Assembly (NCBI GenBank): GCA_951406725.2
Contig: OX597834.1
Coordinates: forward strand, 28,954,001 to 29,018,000
From: Octopus vulgaris
Taxonomy: Eukaryota
Direction of reading: 5' to 3'
DNA: 64,000 nucleotides
The translations under genes were made by a program, and so were the position numbers. The notes under the pieces were generated by a model that worked only from the letters and a program-made list of their open reading frames with translations, was not told where the DNA came from and searched no databases. This document shows positions 38,186 to 52,054 of the stretch, in pieces (position 1 is the stretch's first letter; each line of letters opens with the position of its first letter).

Positions 38186-38475
38186 GGGTACTACTAGCGA
38201 ACAGTGGTCTCGGTGCGCGCACTCGCGCAAGCTAGTCGTGACTAGCCGATCCTGTAGGATCGGCTAGTCACGTCTACCTAGCAAAGTAAATAAAACACAA
38301 AATAAATAATAATTTTTTTTTTTGCACAAAGTAAATAATTTTTGTTAAATAAAACACAAAAAACACAAATTAATTAATTTTTTAAACAAAGTAAATAACA
38401 CAAAAACACAAAGTAAGGATCGACTAGTCACGACTAGCTAGCGCGCACCGGGACCACTGTTTGCTAGTCGTACCC
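38186..38475. mobile_element. MITE with ~65-bp imperfect terminal inverted repeats, inserted in a family A SINE 3' region
   Basis: Left end GGGTACTACTAGCGAACAGTGGTCTCGGTGCGCGC; the right end reverse-complements to GGGTACGACTAGCAAACAGTGGTCCCGGTGCGCGC. AAACAA occurs on both flanks; A-rich core. Confidence 0.85.
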
Positions 38476-38621
38476 AAACAAGTATTAGAGTTTATTTGAT
38501 CGACTGAAAATTAAACACCTTCAGGCGGTGCCCCAGCATGACCGCAGCCAAATGACCGACTAACGATATATACGCGGCCACAAAAATAAGTCATGTGAAA
38601 CTGAGTCAAGCATGTATAATA

Positions 38622-38835
38622 CAAGCGCACACATGTATATGTGTCCAATACACAGCGCATACATGTATATGTGTCCAATACACAGCGCATACATGTATAT
38701 GTGTCCAATACACAGCGCACACATGTATGTGTCCAATACACAGCGCACACATGTATATGTGTCCAATACACAGCGCACACATGTATGTGTGTCCAATACA
38801 CAGCGCATACATGTATATGTGTCCAATACACACAC
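38622..38835. repeat. 30-bp minisatellite, ~7 copies (ACAGCGCAYACATGTATATGTGTCCAATAC)
   Basis: Direct tandem copies, one 28 bp long. Confidence 0.95.
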
Positions 38836-39051
38836 ACATTAATGTATGTTATTATGTTCAGTTATAATAAAAACAGTTTAACATTATTAAGCTGATGGGT
38901 AACTCTATACTTTTGTCGAGTACAAATTTTTTGTTCTTATACAAGAAAGTTGTTGACAGTGACTTTGGAAGTTGTCGGTCAGCAAAGCAGATGGCTTAAC
39001 TGTGTGTACGTGTATGGATTTGGTAATACAGATAGAAGTACTCAGAACACG

Positions 39052-39083
<32 letters not shown>

Positions 39084-40111
39084 AATATATATACTAATAA
39101 AAGGGTTCAGCAAAGATTTGCTTCACCACACACCGAAGTTTAGAAATAGCAGCCAAAAATCTTAGCTATTTCTTCTATTTTAAAAAGGGGTCTCCCATAT
39201 AGGCGATCTACTAGAGACGAAAGATTGCCATATATATATATATATATACATACACACACAGATATAGATACACACACACACAGATATATATATATACAGA
39301 CACACAGATATATATATATATACACACATAGTTATACACACACACACACACATATATATATACATACACACACACATAGTTATACACACACATATATATA
39401 TATACATACATACACACAGATGTGTATACACACGCATAGATTGTAACTGTCACCCGTATAATGTTTGTATATATGTGAATTTGGAATGTCATAAGTTGAG
39501 GAACGTGGGGAAGTTCTGCGAGACCTCTAGATACATACATACATACATACACACATATATATATATATATATATCTCACACACACACGTACATCTGTACA
39601 TAGATGGGTTCCTTACATAATACGCATATACGAGGAAATGAATTCTAGAAGTATGTAGACGTATGTATCTGTGTGTGTGTGTGTGAGTGTATATATATAT
39701 ATATTCAACAAGACACAAAATATAGCCTTGTTTGATCCATATTTAACCTTCCACAGAGTTACACTGACAAAGAACACAAAACAATACTTTATTGAAGAAA
39801 AACAAAAAGAAAAAAGCAAGCATGAAGTTCCACCACCACATCAAGCTTCGACGTAGTCGTTTTGGCCTGCTAGAATTAGTAACAAATTCTTCCTCAAATA
39901 ACTTCGTCCGTCTACGTTTAAAGAGAAAGTACAGAAAGAAACGAAAAATGGGGCACGATGGTTTTAAGTATTATGCGATCTGACGTTTAAATATATACAG
40001 ATTGTTGTAAAAGACGGGGGAGGATCATAGCCGGTGCTGGTCAATTGTTGGCTGTGATTCTTATAAACAACAATTAAATCTTCGTCGAAGACCGGACAGG
40101 TAGAAAAACAG

Positions 40112-40147
<36 letters not shown>

Positions 40148-40606
40148 AAATTAATTAAGGGTAGAAATTGATATTAGTCAATTAAAACCAGGATAATCTG
40201 TGTGGAGAATGGCGATTTGACGTCTATATCTAGCATGTTGACTGTCCACTTTTCGTGTTCAGTCCTTAATTGGTATATATATATATATATACACACATAT
40301 ATATATATACACTTTATTAATAAAGCTGCAGACATCACAAAAACTGTCTTTGCAGCTTTATTAATAAGGTAAATTACTCTACCTTCGATCCTTGAGTACC
40401 TGTTTTTTTCCCCACTTTGTTTCATATTTATGTGTGTTTATATATATATATATGTCTGTGTGTGTGTGTGTGGAGACAGGAGTGATGGAGAGAAAAAATA
40501 AAGAGCGAGATAGAAAGAGTGAAAGATAGTAAAACACATAATAGCCTCTCTCTCTCTCTCTGTCTATCTCTCTCTCTATCTATCTATCTGTCTATCTATC
40601 TCTCTG

Positions 40607-40645
<39 letters not shown>

Positions 40646-40650
40646 GTCTA

Positions 40651-40681
<31 letters not shown>

Positions 40682-40850
40682 CTCTCGCACACACACACAC
40701 ATGCCGGACAAACACGAGGGAAACTCCACCCCATTAATCAGCAAAGACAATTAACTAATTAATTAATTAAACGAAAATAGAACGCGAATGGTCGAAGGAT
40801 GATTCCAGAAATTAAAAGGAAAAATAAAGAAAGAAAAAGTTTGCACTTAC

Positions 40851-40872
40851 AATCACCCTGCGTGGTAGACAT
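40851..40872 (-). CDS. Candidate first coding exon of LITAF/CDIP1-like gene (MSTTQGD + T)
   Basis: ggatATGTCTACCACGCAGGGTGATT|gtaagt: consensus donor, purine at -3 and phase 1. It joins TG at 11315 to give TTG (Leu) in frame. Preceded by ~550 bp of non-repetitive UTR/promoter-like sequence. Confidence 0.55.
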
Positions 40873-41425
40873 ATCCAAAAAGGTAGTTGTGTGTACGAAC
40901 GATGAAATAATATTAAAATAAAAAAAGAACTGCACTTTAGACGTAAATCACGGCTGTTTTTCTCTTTAATACAGATATATATATGTATAAATCTGTGTTT
41001 CTATATACGGTTATATCTATGAGGGGTAGATATTTCGGTCTGGTGAGGACTTTGGTATTAAAAAACGGCACCAGAATCAGCTTGGGGAGAAGGAAACCCT
41101 TCTCAACTTTGAGTATAGTAGAGTCGCCATTCTTCTCTCTCTCACCCAAGCACTTTTAAATTGCCAGTGGATTTTTTTTCCCCTTCTTTTCAGTCAACTG
41201 GGTCGTGGCTGCTCCTGCTTTTTAATATAACGATGTTGTTGTTATTGTTACGATTATTATTATTGTTGGTGTTGGTGTTAATTGCTGACTGCTGGCGCAA
41301 CAGTCGGCTGAGAGAGAGTGAGAAATGAGGGAGGGGTTTGCTGGCGGTAGCTGAAACGAGAATGAAAGTAGCTTAGTATGACGACTGTTGGAGGTTGGTG
41401 TAAGCTTTAGCTTTAGCTTGCAGAA
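40873..41425 (-). promoter_or_regulatory. Putative 5' UTR / proximal promoter region of the LITAF-like gene
   Basis: Transposon-free stretch upstream of the candidate ATG with CT-rich tracts on the sense strand, bounded by (TA)n(GA)n. Inference from position only. Confidence 0.3.
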
Positions 41426-41426
41426 G

Positions 41427-41515
<89 letters not shown>

Positions 41516-42565
41516 AAAGAAACAGCAGTGAAAGAGTAGAATGACAGAAAGAGATAGAGGCAGCCGTAGATGATTATATATATATGTTAGACAACTAACT
41601 TAGTTCACCTAACTTACTTAACTAAATTAACTGACGGGCAGAAATAGGAGAAGGCTGAGGCTAGAAGTGGAATTAACTGCAGTAAAAGAACACCGTTGGA
41701 AAACTATTTTCATAAATGATAAACTTATTGTATGGGATACTTATTTCTACATTACTGCATGTACTTTATATGCACTTTCTGACAAGTTGTGGTGCACCTG
41801 AGCACTGTATACAATAATTTCATTATTATATTATTATAACTTAATCGGAAAAGGGTTAAAACAATTAAAAAGAAGTTGGGACAGAATGAGAATAATGATA
41901 GCTGGAAGAATGGAATTTTAAAAAAATACTGTGTCCTGACTGCTAACAATTGTGCTTCAGTAATTCTGGGAATAAAAAGAGGAGTAAAGGAGCCGTAGAA
42001 TATTGTTAAAAATTTAGGATCTTTTCGGTTTGAACGGCAGTTTTCAACATAATTTCTAGGTAACTAAAAACTTTTAAACTTCGTATACTGGTAGAATGTG
42101 TCAAAATAAAACATCTTTTTCGTATTGGCTTTCTTGAGAAAATTGTAGTTTGTAAGTTTAACGTAGTTTAATTTCTCGAATTTCGGCAATTTCAACCAAA
42201 AGATCCAAAATTTATTTAAAAATGAAAAAAATGAGCTTATCGTGTAAGTTTCCCAGGTGCTTTGAAACTTGTCGGAAAAGGGTAAAAGAGGGTGTAGGAA
42301 GGCCTTGCATGCGGTATGTCAGGAACTGTGCAGGTGGATCTCGGGGAAGCATGGAATTTTTGAAGAATAAAGTGTTCTGACTGTTAATAACCCATGCGAG
42401 TAATTTATTCCATGCTTCGACAATTCTGAACGTGGAAACAGAAGTAAAACATTTGTAGGAGAACATAGTTACATAATAATTCACTATGTAATAATAAATA
42501 GAAATAAAAGTTTAGAAGATCGTAAAAAAACCCCCCAAAAAATATCGACCGTAGAAATAACATTA

Positions 42566-43042
42566 AAGTAGTAGTAGTAATAGTAGTTGTTGTATTAGTT
42601 GTAGTTGTCGTTGTAGTAGTAGTAGTAGTAGTTGTTGTAGTAGTAGTATTAGTAGTAGTTGTTGTAGTTGTCGTCGTAGTTGTATTAGTTGTATTAGTAG
42701 TAGTAGTTGTTGTTGTTGTAGTAGTTGTAGTAGTAGTTGTATTAGTAGTAGTAGTAGTTGTAGTAGTAGTATTAGTAGTTGTAGTAGTAGTAGTAGTTGT
42801 AGTCGTCGTCGTAGTTGTAGTAGTTGTATTAGTATTAGTAGTAGTAGTAGTTGTAGTCGTCGTCGTAGTTGTATTAGTAGTAGTAGTTGTAGTCGTCGTC
42901 GTAGTTGTATTAGTAGTAGTAGTAGTTGTAGTAGTAGTAGTAGTTGTAGTCGTCGTCGTAGTTGTAGTAGTTGTATTAGTAGTAGTAGTTGTAGTAGTAG
43001 TCGTCGTCGCAGTAGTATTAGTAGTAGTAGTAGTAGTAGTTG
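42566..43042. repeat. Long compound trinucleotide repeat (TAG/TTG/TCG)n
   Basis: Visible directly. Confidence 0.95.
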
Positions 43043-43369
43043 GTTATGAAAGTATTTACTGAGGAAATACCAGAGACACTTATACGTGCGGTAGGATTGC
43101 CTATATATATTATAATATATCAAGTTTAAAAACTTCGATTAGTTGGGGTTATTCATGTGATTAGAAAACCCCTCCAAGAGGTGTTTACATTCTAAAAGAA
43201 TATAAACAACAGTACTTAGAACTCCATGTGTATTGACTAAATATCCTATGACAGATGTCTCTTGTTTTGCATTACTACATACACACACAAGGAAAATATA
43301 AATACATACTTCAAATTCACAGAAAACAAAAGACGAAGAGGGGTGAGGGTATTACATATTCTTTTATTC

Positions 43370-43572
43370 TTTTATTCTTTTACGTGTTTCAGTTATTTGA
43401 CCGCGGCCGTGCTGGAGCAAAGCCTTTAATCGAACAAATCGACCCCGGGACTTCTTTCTTTGTAAGCCTAGAACTTAATTCTGTCGGATTCTTTTGCCGA
43501 ACCGCTAAAGTTACGGGGACGTAAACACACCAACATCGGTTGTCAAGCGATAGAGTGGGGGACAAACACAGA

Positions 43573-43621
<49 letters not shown>

Positions 43622-43782
43622 TTGACGAACTTCTTTCAGTTTCCGTCTACCAAATCCACTCACAAAGATTGGTCGGGACGAGGCTATAGTAGAAGACATT
43701 TGCTTAAGGTGCCACGCAGTGGGACTGAACCCGGGACCATGCGGTTGGAAAGCAAGCTTCTTATCACACAGCAACTTCTATG

Positions 43783-43835
<53 letters not shown>

Positions 43836-43972
43836 AGTATATATATATCAAAGATTGGTCGGGACGAGGCTATAGTAGAAGACACTTGCCCAAGGTGCCA
43901 TGCAGTGGGACTGAACCCGGAACCATGTGGTTGGTAAACAAGCTACTTACCACACAGCCACTCCTGCGCCTA
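43370..43972 (-). mobile_element. SINE family A with tandemly duplicated head
   Basis: CAAAGATTGGTCGGGACGAGGCTATAGTAGAAGACA occurs at ~43663 and ~43849, separated by the first head and (TA)n. Confidence 0.8.
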
Positions 43973-44309
43973 GATAGATAGATAGATAGATAGAAAAACA
44001 GGTATATATAACCAAATATGCCACAATTTATGCAGCATCAACACTCATCTATGCACAGTTAATGTATCACACCACCATCACCATCATCATTAACAACAAC
44101 AGCAGCAATGGTGTCATTGTCCTATAGAGTAGTGAAACTGTAATCTTCAGCTTTACCTATAGTGTAATAGGAATGTATGTACATGCATGTATGTATGTGT
44201 GCATATATGTATGCGTGTACATGCACGTGTGTGTTTGTGCATTTATGTGTGCGTGTGTAAATCTATAAGGATAAAAATAATATAGTTTATACGATTGTGT
44301 TTTGTTTAA

Positions 44310-44530
44310 CCCTTTAGCATTCAAACCAGCCATATCTGGCCAAAATATTTAACCTGTTTTATATTGAAACTGACCAGATCTCGCCCCTCACCTCAGCCCT
44401 ACCATGTCATTCTAAAACTAAAAAAATCACATCACTGCAATCTCTAAACTACAAGATAATGCAGGATTAATTCAAACCATTTTAAATAAACAAACATCAC
44501 ATTTGACAAAGTAATCTGAACACTAAAGGG
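44310..44530. mobile_element. piggyBac-like MITE with TTAA target-site duplication
   Basis: TTAA|CCCTTTAGCATTCA...TGAACACTAAAGGG|TTAA. Confidence 0.8.
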
Positions 44531-44575
44531 TTAAATAAACTATACATTTACACATGGTGTCTATCTGTCTGCCTG

Positions 44576-44664
<89 letters not shown>

Positions 44665-44665
44665 A

Positions 44666-44761
<96 letters not shown>

Positions 44762-45294
44762 CATCCATCCGCTGAGCTCTCTATCTACATGCATGCACAC
44801 ATGTGCACCACCTCCCGAAAAAGAAAAAAACACACACATGCGAAATGAATATTGTCTTGTGTCTTGAATTACATACTGCTAAGTTATTTAGTCAAGAACT
44901 GTACATATGTATGTATGTATGCTCACCATTATTCAGTTTATTTCAAGATTTCCTGCCAATAGAGAAAGAGCCAGTTTCTAACCTAGATCCAAGGCTCCTT
45001 CATTGGAACACAGAAAAATGCCCTGGTAATCATCATCATCATCATCATCGGACGTTAAACGATGATGATGATGATGATGATTACCAGGGCATTTTTGTAT
45101 GTATGTATATGTTCAGATTTGTATGTTTTGCTTTATGTATGTATTCTCATGCATATACTTGCATAACTAGACATGCTCATATATATCTAAATGATAAACT
45201 TCTGGAAAGTTTTACAGATTTTTACAGTTCCAGTGATGGATTGGATCTGTAGTCTTTGGAAGCCTAACTTCCCAAGATTGATATTTAGGCAGTG

Positions 45295-45300
45295 TGTTAC

Positions 45301-45331
<31 letters not shown>

Positions 45332-45880
45332 TGTATGTATGTATGTATGTATGTATGTATGTATGTATGTGTGTGTGTGTGTATGTTTGTATGTGTGTGT
45401 ATGTATGTATGTGTGTATGTATGTATGTATGCATGCATGCATGCGTGTGTGTATGTGTGTGTGTGTGTGTATGAATGTATGTATGTGTGTATTTGTATGT
45501 ATGTATGTATGAATGTTTGTATGTATGTATGTATGTACGTATGTATATATGTAAGTATGTGTGTATTTGTATGCATGTTTGTGTGTGTGTATGTATGTTT
45601 TTCTGAGTGTATAAAATGTATGAATATGTGTGTGTGTGGGTGTATGTATGTATGTATATATGTCCAATAAACTAAACAACTTTACAACTGATGTAATAAA
45701 ACGCAACATTAATTACCTTGCAATAACTTACTATGTATGTATGTATGTACGTACGTACGTATGTATGTATGTATATTTATGTGTGTGCACTAGTTTATAT
45801 GTGTGTGTGTGTACATATGCTATGTCTGTATATATATATATATATATATGTATGTATGCATATGTGTGTGTGTGCAGTAG
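45295..45880. repeat. (TATG)n/(TG)n compound microsatellite
   Basis: Visible directly. Confidence 0.95.
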
Positions 45881-46899
45881 AACAAATGTATGAACAGGCA
45901 AACAATTGGTGTTCGTTTAGATCATGGCATTTCTATATTTAAACATAATTCATGATTCGTTACAATAGAGTAGATCATGAAAAAACGAGGAAGTAAGAAG
46001 GTGTGCGTGTGGTCACTTACAGCTGTTTCAAGAATAGCACTTATGGTATGTACCTATTACATCATGTCATGACACAGAATATTAACTGACCTATATATAT
46101 AGGTGTGTGTGTGTGTATTTATCATCATCATCATTATCTATTTCTTTATTGCCCACAGGGGGCTAAACATAGAGAGGACAAACAAGGACAGACAAAGGGA
46201 TTAAGTCAATTACATCGACCCCAGTGCATAACTGGTACTTATTTAATCGACCCCGAAAGGATGAAAGGCAAAGTCGACCTCGGCGGAATTTGAACTCAGA
46301 ACGTAGCGCCAGACGAAATACGGCTACACATTTCGCCCTGCATGCTAACGTTTCTGCCAGCTCGCCATCATCATCATCATCATCATTATCGTTTAATGTT
46401 CGCTTTCCATGCTGGCATGGGTTGGATGGTTTGACTGAGGACTGGTGAGCCAGATGGCTGCACCAGGCTCAATCTGGTCTGGCAAAGTTTCTCACAGCTG
46501 GATGCCCTTCCTAATGCCAACCACTCCGAAAGTGTAGTGGGTGAATTTTACGTGTCACCAGCATGTGCTGAGCTCCAGTGTCTGCCTTGGCATGGTTTCT
46601 ACAAGTGAATGTCTTCTGAACACCAGTTAATTTACAGAGTGTACTGGAAGCTTTTTATGTGGCACCAACACTAATGAGCTCACTAATTAAATCACAAAAC
46701 AATCTGTAATTGCAGTAATTTGCAGCAATTCCTTATAATTTTGTAATAATAAGTGAATTTGATACTAAGGTAACTAACTATACATTATTTTTGCCTCTTT
46801 TTTTTTTTTTGGCAATGTTTTCATTTTTATAATTTTCAGTTACTTCCGTTGTGCATCTATGATTTCTTGTACTCCAGTTATTAATTTTTTTTTCTTTAT

Positions 46900-47110
46900 A
46901 GACATGTCAGAGTGGTTTAAGGGTATCACAAAAGGCCTGGTTGAAGGTTCAACCTTCCAAGTTCTTTTACAGGGCTTAGAAAACCTGAAGGACTGTTGCA
47001 ATAAATGTGTGAATCTGAGAGGAGAATGTGTTGAATAAAATCATAATTAACTGATCCTTCTGTATTTTCTTTTACACAAAGCCAGGAACTTTTCAATCTT
47101 GTCCTTGTGT
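46900..47110 (+). mobile_element. Tc1/mariner remnant (transposase C-terminus and terminal region)
   Basis: CTGAAGGACTGTTGCAATAAATGTGTGAATCTGAGAGGAGAATGTGTTGAATAA reads LKDCCNKCVNLRGECVE*, resembling the mariner L..RW.KCV...G.Y.E* end. Confidence 0.55.
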
Positions 47111-47785
47111 ATGTGTGTGAGTCTATGTATACACACACACACATACACACATACATATATGCCCAGTTGGCTTTGCAGCCACATGGTTTTGAGTTCAGTT
47201 CCACTGCATGACAGCTCAGGCAAATGTCTTCTACTAGAACCCCAAGCTGAGCAAAGACTTGTAAGTGAAGTTGGTAGATGAAAAACGTGTGGAAGCCTGT
47301 ATATATGTGTGTATGTATGCACATTATTCCCTCCCACAGCATGACAACTGGTACTGGTTTGTCTAGATTCCTGTAACATAGTAGTTTGGCAAAAGAGACC
47401 AGCAGAGTAAGTAATAAACTTAAAAAAGAAAAGAATACTGGGATAAATTTGTGCTACTAAACCATTCATGGCAGTGCCCCAGCATGGCTGCAGTCCATGA
47501 GGGCCCTTTTACCCTACAAAATTTGTCTACAACCAAACGATAAAGTGAATTGTTTAATGTTCCCATGGGAATATGCAATGGAATTGGATGATGGGAAATT
47601 CTTAGAACTTACGTTTTAGATCTCTTACATAAATGAATTCCTACCTTACATGGTGCTCTGTATAGAGATGGCAGGCTTATAGACTTGTGCAAAATGAATG
47701 CTCAAGGATTACATAGATTTAGAAAAACATTACAGCTCATATTAATCTTAGCATTTTTACTTTCTGGATATTACCTTAGACTTAG

Positions 47786-48063
47786 TGGAGGCACATGGCC
47801 TAGTGGTCAGAGCAGCGGACTCATGGTCGAGGGATCGCGGGTTCGAATCTCAGACTGGGCGATGTGTGTGTTTATGAGCGACACGGCTCCGGCAGAAGGT
47901 AATGGTGAACTTATGCTGACTCTTTCGCCACAACTTTCTCTCACTCTTTCCTCCTGCACCTTGCAGCTCACCTGCAACAGACCGGCGTTCTGTCCAGGTG
48001 GGGAACCTATACGCCAAGGAAACCAGCCCTTATGAGCCAGGCATGGCTTGAGAAGGAACACAC
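47786..48063 (+). mobile_element. tRNA-derived SINE, family D
   Basis: Head GGAGGCACATGGCCTAGTGGTCAGAGCAGCGGACTC..GGTTCGAATCTC has A and B boxes. An inverted homologue lies at 54450-54748. Confidence 0.85.
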
Positions 48064-48611
48064 AACCTCAGACTTAGATGCAAATATATAATATTTTGCT
48101 TTTGTCTAAAACCTAACACAAGGTATTTTATATAAATAAGAATTATTTAATTAGTGATGGTAGCTTAATATAAGTCTATTTTAAGCAGTGATTTTTATTA
48201 TTAAGTGTTTAGTCCCAGATCCACTGAACAACTATCTGTGTTTTATTTTCAGACAATGTACTTCAGATTTATTGCTCCAAATAATTCTCCTCTCATTAAT
48301 AATTTCCTATCTGAGTGGGTTTATTGTGTAATTAGGAAAAAACTGTGTTAAATTTTACAAACAAAAAGTAAATTTTGATTGCAGTATAGCTGCGAAAACA
48401 ATAAAAAGTTCGGGTGTTTTACCATTATAAGTTGCCAGCAGGCAAAAAATTGCCACAGCTGCCTACTGGCAACTTTTTCCTGTCTCATAAAGGTAAAATA
48501 TCCCAACCTTCTACTGTTTTTGCAGCTATACTGTGTCTGAAATTTACTTTCTTGTTTGTAAAATACCAAACATATATTCCATGCTTCCAGTAAGAGAATA
48601 AAAGAATATGT

Positions 48612-49822
48612 ACTCTTTTACTTGTTTCAGTCATTTGACTGCAGCCATGCTGGAGCACCGCCTTTAGTCGAGCAAATCGACCCCGGGACTTATTCTTTGT
48701 AAGCCCAGTACTTATTCTATTGGTCTCTTTTGCCGAACTGCAATGCTAGGAAGACAAACACAGACACACAGACACATATATACGACAGGCTTCTTTCAGT
48801 TTCTGTCTACCAAATCCACTCACAAGGCATTGGTCGGCCCGGGGCTATAGCAGAAGACACTTGCCCAAGACGCCACGCAGTGGGACTGAACCCGGAACCA
48901 TGTGGTTGGTTAGCAAGCTACTTACCACACAGCCACTCCTGCGCCTATGTACGTTCATACATACATATATATGATGTTCAATATACATTCATACATGTTA
49001 TATACAGGCATACACAGACGTTCATTTTTATTATTATATATATATATATATATATATATTCAAACACATACATACACATTTATGTACATACTGTAAATAT
49101 ATGCATGCATCTGTCCATTCATACATGAATACATATATTACATACATAATACACACACATGTTTGTACAACCATACATGCATTATATCTATGATTCATAT
49201 ACGTATACACATTATTCATCTTTGTTTATATGTATGCACATTACATACATACATACATACATAATACATACATAGGCACAGGAGTGGCTGTGTGGTAAGT
49301 AGCTTGCTTACCAACCCCATGGTTCCGGGTTCAGTCCCACTGCGTGGCACCTTGGGCAAATGTCTTCTACTATAGCCTCGGGCCGACCAAAGCCTTGTGA
49401 GTGGATTTGGTAGACGGAAACTGAAAGGAGCCCGTCGTATATATGTATATATATATATATGTATGAGTGTGTGTGTTTGTGTGTCTGTGTTTGTCCCCCT
49501 AGCGTTGCTTGACAACCGATGCTGGTGTGTTTATGTCCCCGTAACTTAGCGGTTCGGCAAAAGAGACCGATAGAATAAGTACTGGGCTTACAAAGAATAA
49601 GTCCCGGGGTCGAGTTGCTCGACTAAAGGCGGTGCTCCAGCATGGCTGCAGTCAAATGACTGAAACAAGTAAAAGAGTAAAAGAGTAAAGAGTACATGGT
49701 TCTGGGTTCAGTCCCACTGCGTGGCATCTTGGGCAAGTGTCTTCTACTATAGCCCAGGGCCGACCAATGCCTTGTGAGGGGATTTGGTAGACGGAAACTG
49801 AAAGAAGCCTGTCGTATATATG

Positions 49823-49855
<33 letters not shown>

Positions 49856-50143
49856 CTGTGTTTGTCCCCCTAGCATTGCTTGACAACCGATGCTGGTGTG
49901 TTTATGTCCCCGTAACTTAGCGGTTTGGGCTTACAAAGAATAAGTCCCGGGGTCGAGTTGCTCGACTAAAGGCGGTGCTCCAGCATGGCCGCAGTCAAAT
50001 GACTGAAACAAGTAAAAGAGTAAAGAGTACATACATACATACATACATACATACATACATACATACATACATACATACATACATACATACATACATACAT
50101 ACATACATACATACATTCATACATGCATACATGCATGCATGCA

Positions 50144-50174
<31 letters not shown>

Positions 50175-51275
50175 GGGTGATGCTAAATAATTCCAGCAGG
50201 TGGCCATTTACTCTGACCACTGAACAGATGTTGCTGTACATTGCAGTGATCCAGCCTCTGAAAACGGGACCAAGCCAGCTGCCATAAGGACAACCTCCAA
50301 GTACTGATGGTTGATTCTATCAAAGGCTTTTGACGGATCCAAATTGATTAGGGTCCCACCTACGCCAGGTTCTTTACCAACCCTCTCAATAATGTATTGC
50401 GTGTGGTGGAGGTTGTCAGAAATAGATCTTGTACTCTTTTACTTGGTTCAGTCATTTGACTGCGGCAATGCTGGAGCACCGCCTTTTAATCGAGCAAATT
50501 GACCCCGGGACTTATTCTTTGTAAGCCCAGTACTTATTCTATCGGTCTCTTTTGCCGAACCGCTAAGTGACGGGGACATAAACACACCAGCAAGCAATGC
50601 TAGGGAGACAAATACAGACACACAAACACATATATATATTTATACATATATACGACAGGCTTCTCTCAGTTTCCGTCTACCAAATCCACTCACAAGGCAC
50701 TGGTCGGCCCGGGGCTATAGCAAAAGACACTTGCCCAAGACGCCACGCAGTGGGACTGAACCTGGAATCATGTAATCTTTACTCTTTTACTTGTTTCAGT
50801 CATTTGACTGCGGCCATGCTGGAGCACCGTCTTTAGTCGAGCAACTCGTCCCCGGGACTTATTCTTTGTAAGCCCAGTACTTATTCTATCGGTCTCTTTT
50901 ACCGAACTGCTAAGTTACGGGGACGTAAACACACCAGCATCGGTTGTCAAGTGATGTTGGGGGGACAAACATAGACACACAAACATACACACATATACGA
51001 TAGGCTTCTTTCAGTTTCCGTCTACCAAATCCACTCACAAGGCTTTGGTAGGCCCGAGGCTATAGTAGAAGAAACTCGACCAAGGTGCCACGCAGTGGGA
51101 CTGAACCCGGAACCATGTGATTGGTAAGCAGCTGTGTGATAAGTAGCTTGCTTATCAACCACATATTTCCGGGTTCAGTCCCACTGCGTGGAACCTTAGG
51201 CAAGTGTCTTCTACTATAGCTTCGGACCGACCAAAGCCTTGTGAGTGGATTTGGTAGATGGAAACTGAAAGAAGT
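48612..51275. mobile_element. Cluster of six family A SINE copies in mixed orientation
   Basis: ~48612-48946(-), 49274-49690(+), 49694-50028(+), 50432-50772(-), 50777-51130(-) and 51131-51275(+, head only). Confidence 0.9.
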
Positions 51276-52054
51276 AGATATAAAACGAGCAAGGTAACCC
51301 TATGTCGAAGTCATCGTGTACGAGAAAGAAACAACTAACCCTATAGCCCTAACCCTAAACCTCACGCTAAGGCACAGACATACATACATAGATACACACG
51401 CACACGTACACGCATACACACACCTTCACGGAAACACTACACTACACACACACATGCAGATATATAGATATATCCACATACACACGTGTGTGCGTGTATT
51501 AAAGAAAAATACATGAGACAGTTTTATATCTTGTCAGACCTTATGTTCCGAGTTCAAATTCCGTCTGATTCGACTTCATCTCCATACACTTGGGTCCATA
51601 CATTGTGCCTGCCACATTTAAGATATTTAAAGGCAAAAATCTCACTTAAAAATATAAATTCCTTTGTAAGGGAAGTAACTGTAACAACTAAGATTTATGA
51701 AAATACCAAGACTTCTTTTCAAATTACCTCCCTTGCGAACAAGAAACACAACTCTTGCCATGGCAAGTGTTTAAATATAATCCTTCCTTCGAAAACGATG
51801 GACATAATTATAAACATCTTTATATATTTCTTTACTACCCACAAGGGGCTAAACACAGAGGGGACAAACAAGGACAGACAGACAAAGGGATTAAGTCGAC
51901 TACATCGACCCCAGTGCGTAACTGGTACTTAATTTATCGACCTCCGAAAGGATGAAAGGCAAAGTCGACCTCGGCGGAATTTGAACTCGGAACGTGACGG
52001 CAGACGAAATACGGCTACGAATTTCGCCCGGCGTGCTAACGTTTCTACCAGCTC

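Noticed and set aside
38511-38895. Cys/His-periodic ORFs resembling metal-binding repeats
   Set aside because: Translations of a 30-bp minisatellite, open in most frames.
39183-39230. GTCTC..GAGAC-GAAA stem resembling hammerhead stem II (similar at 62140-62180 minus)
   Set aside because: No recognisable CTGANGA core upstream; too degenerate to support.
51335-51362. Telomere-like CCCTAA motifs
   Set aside because: Only 2-3 imperfect units; not an array.
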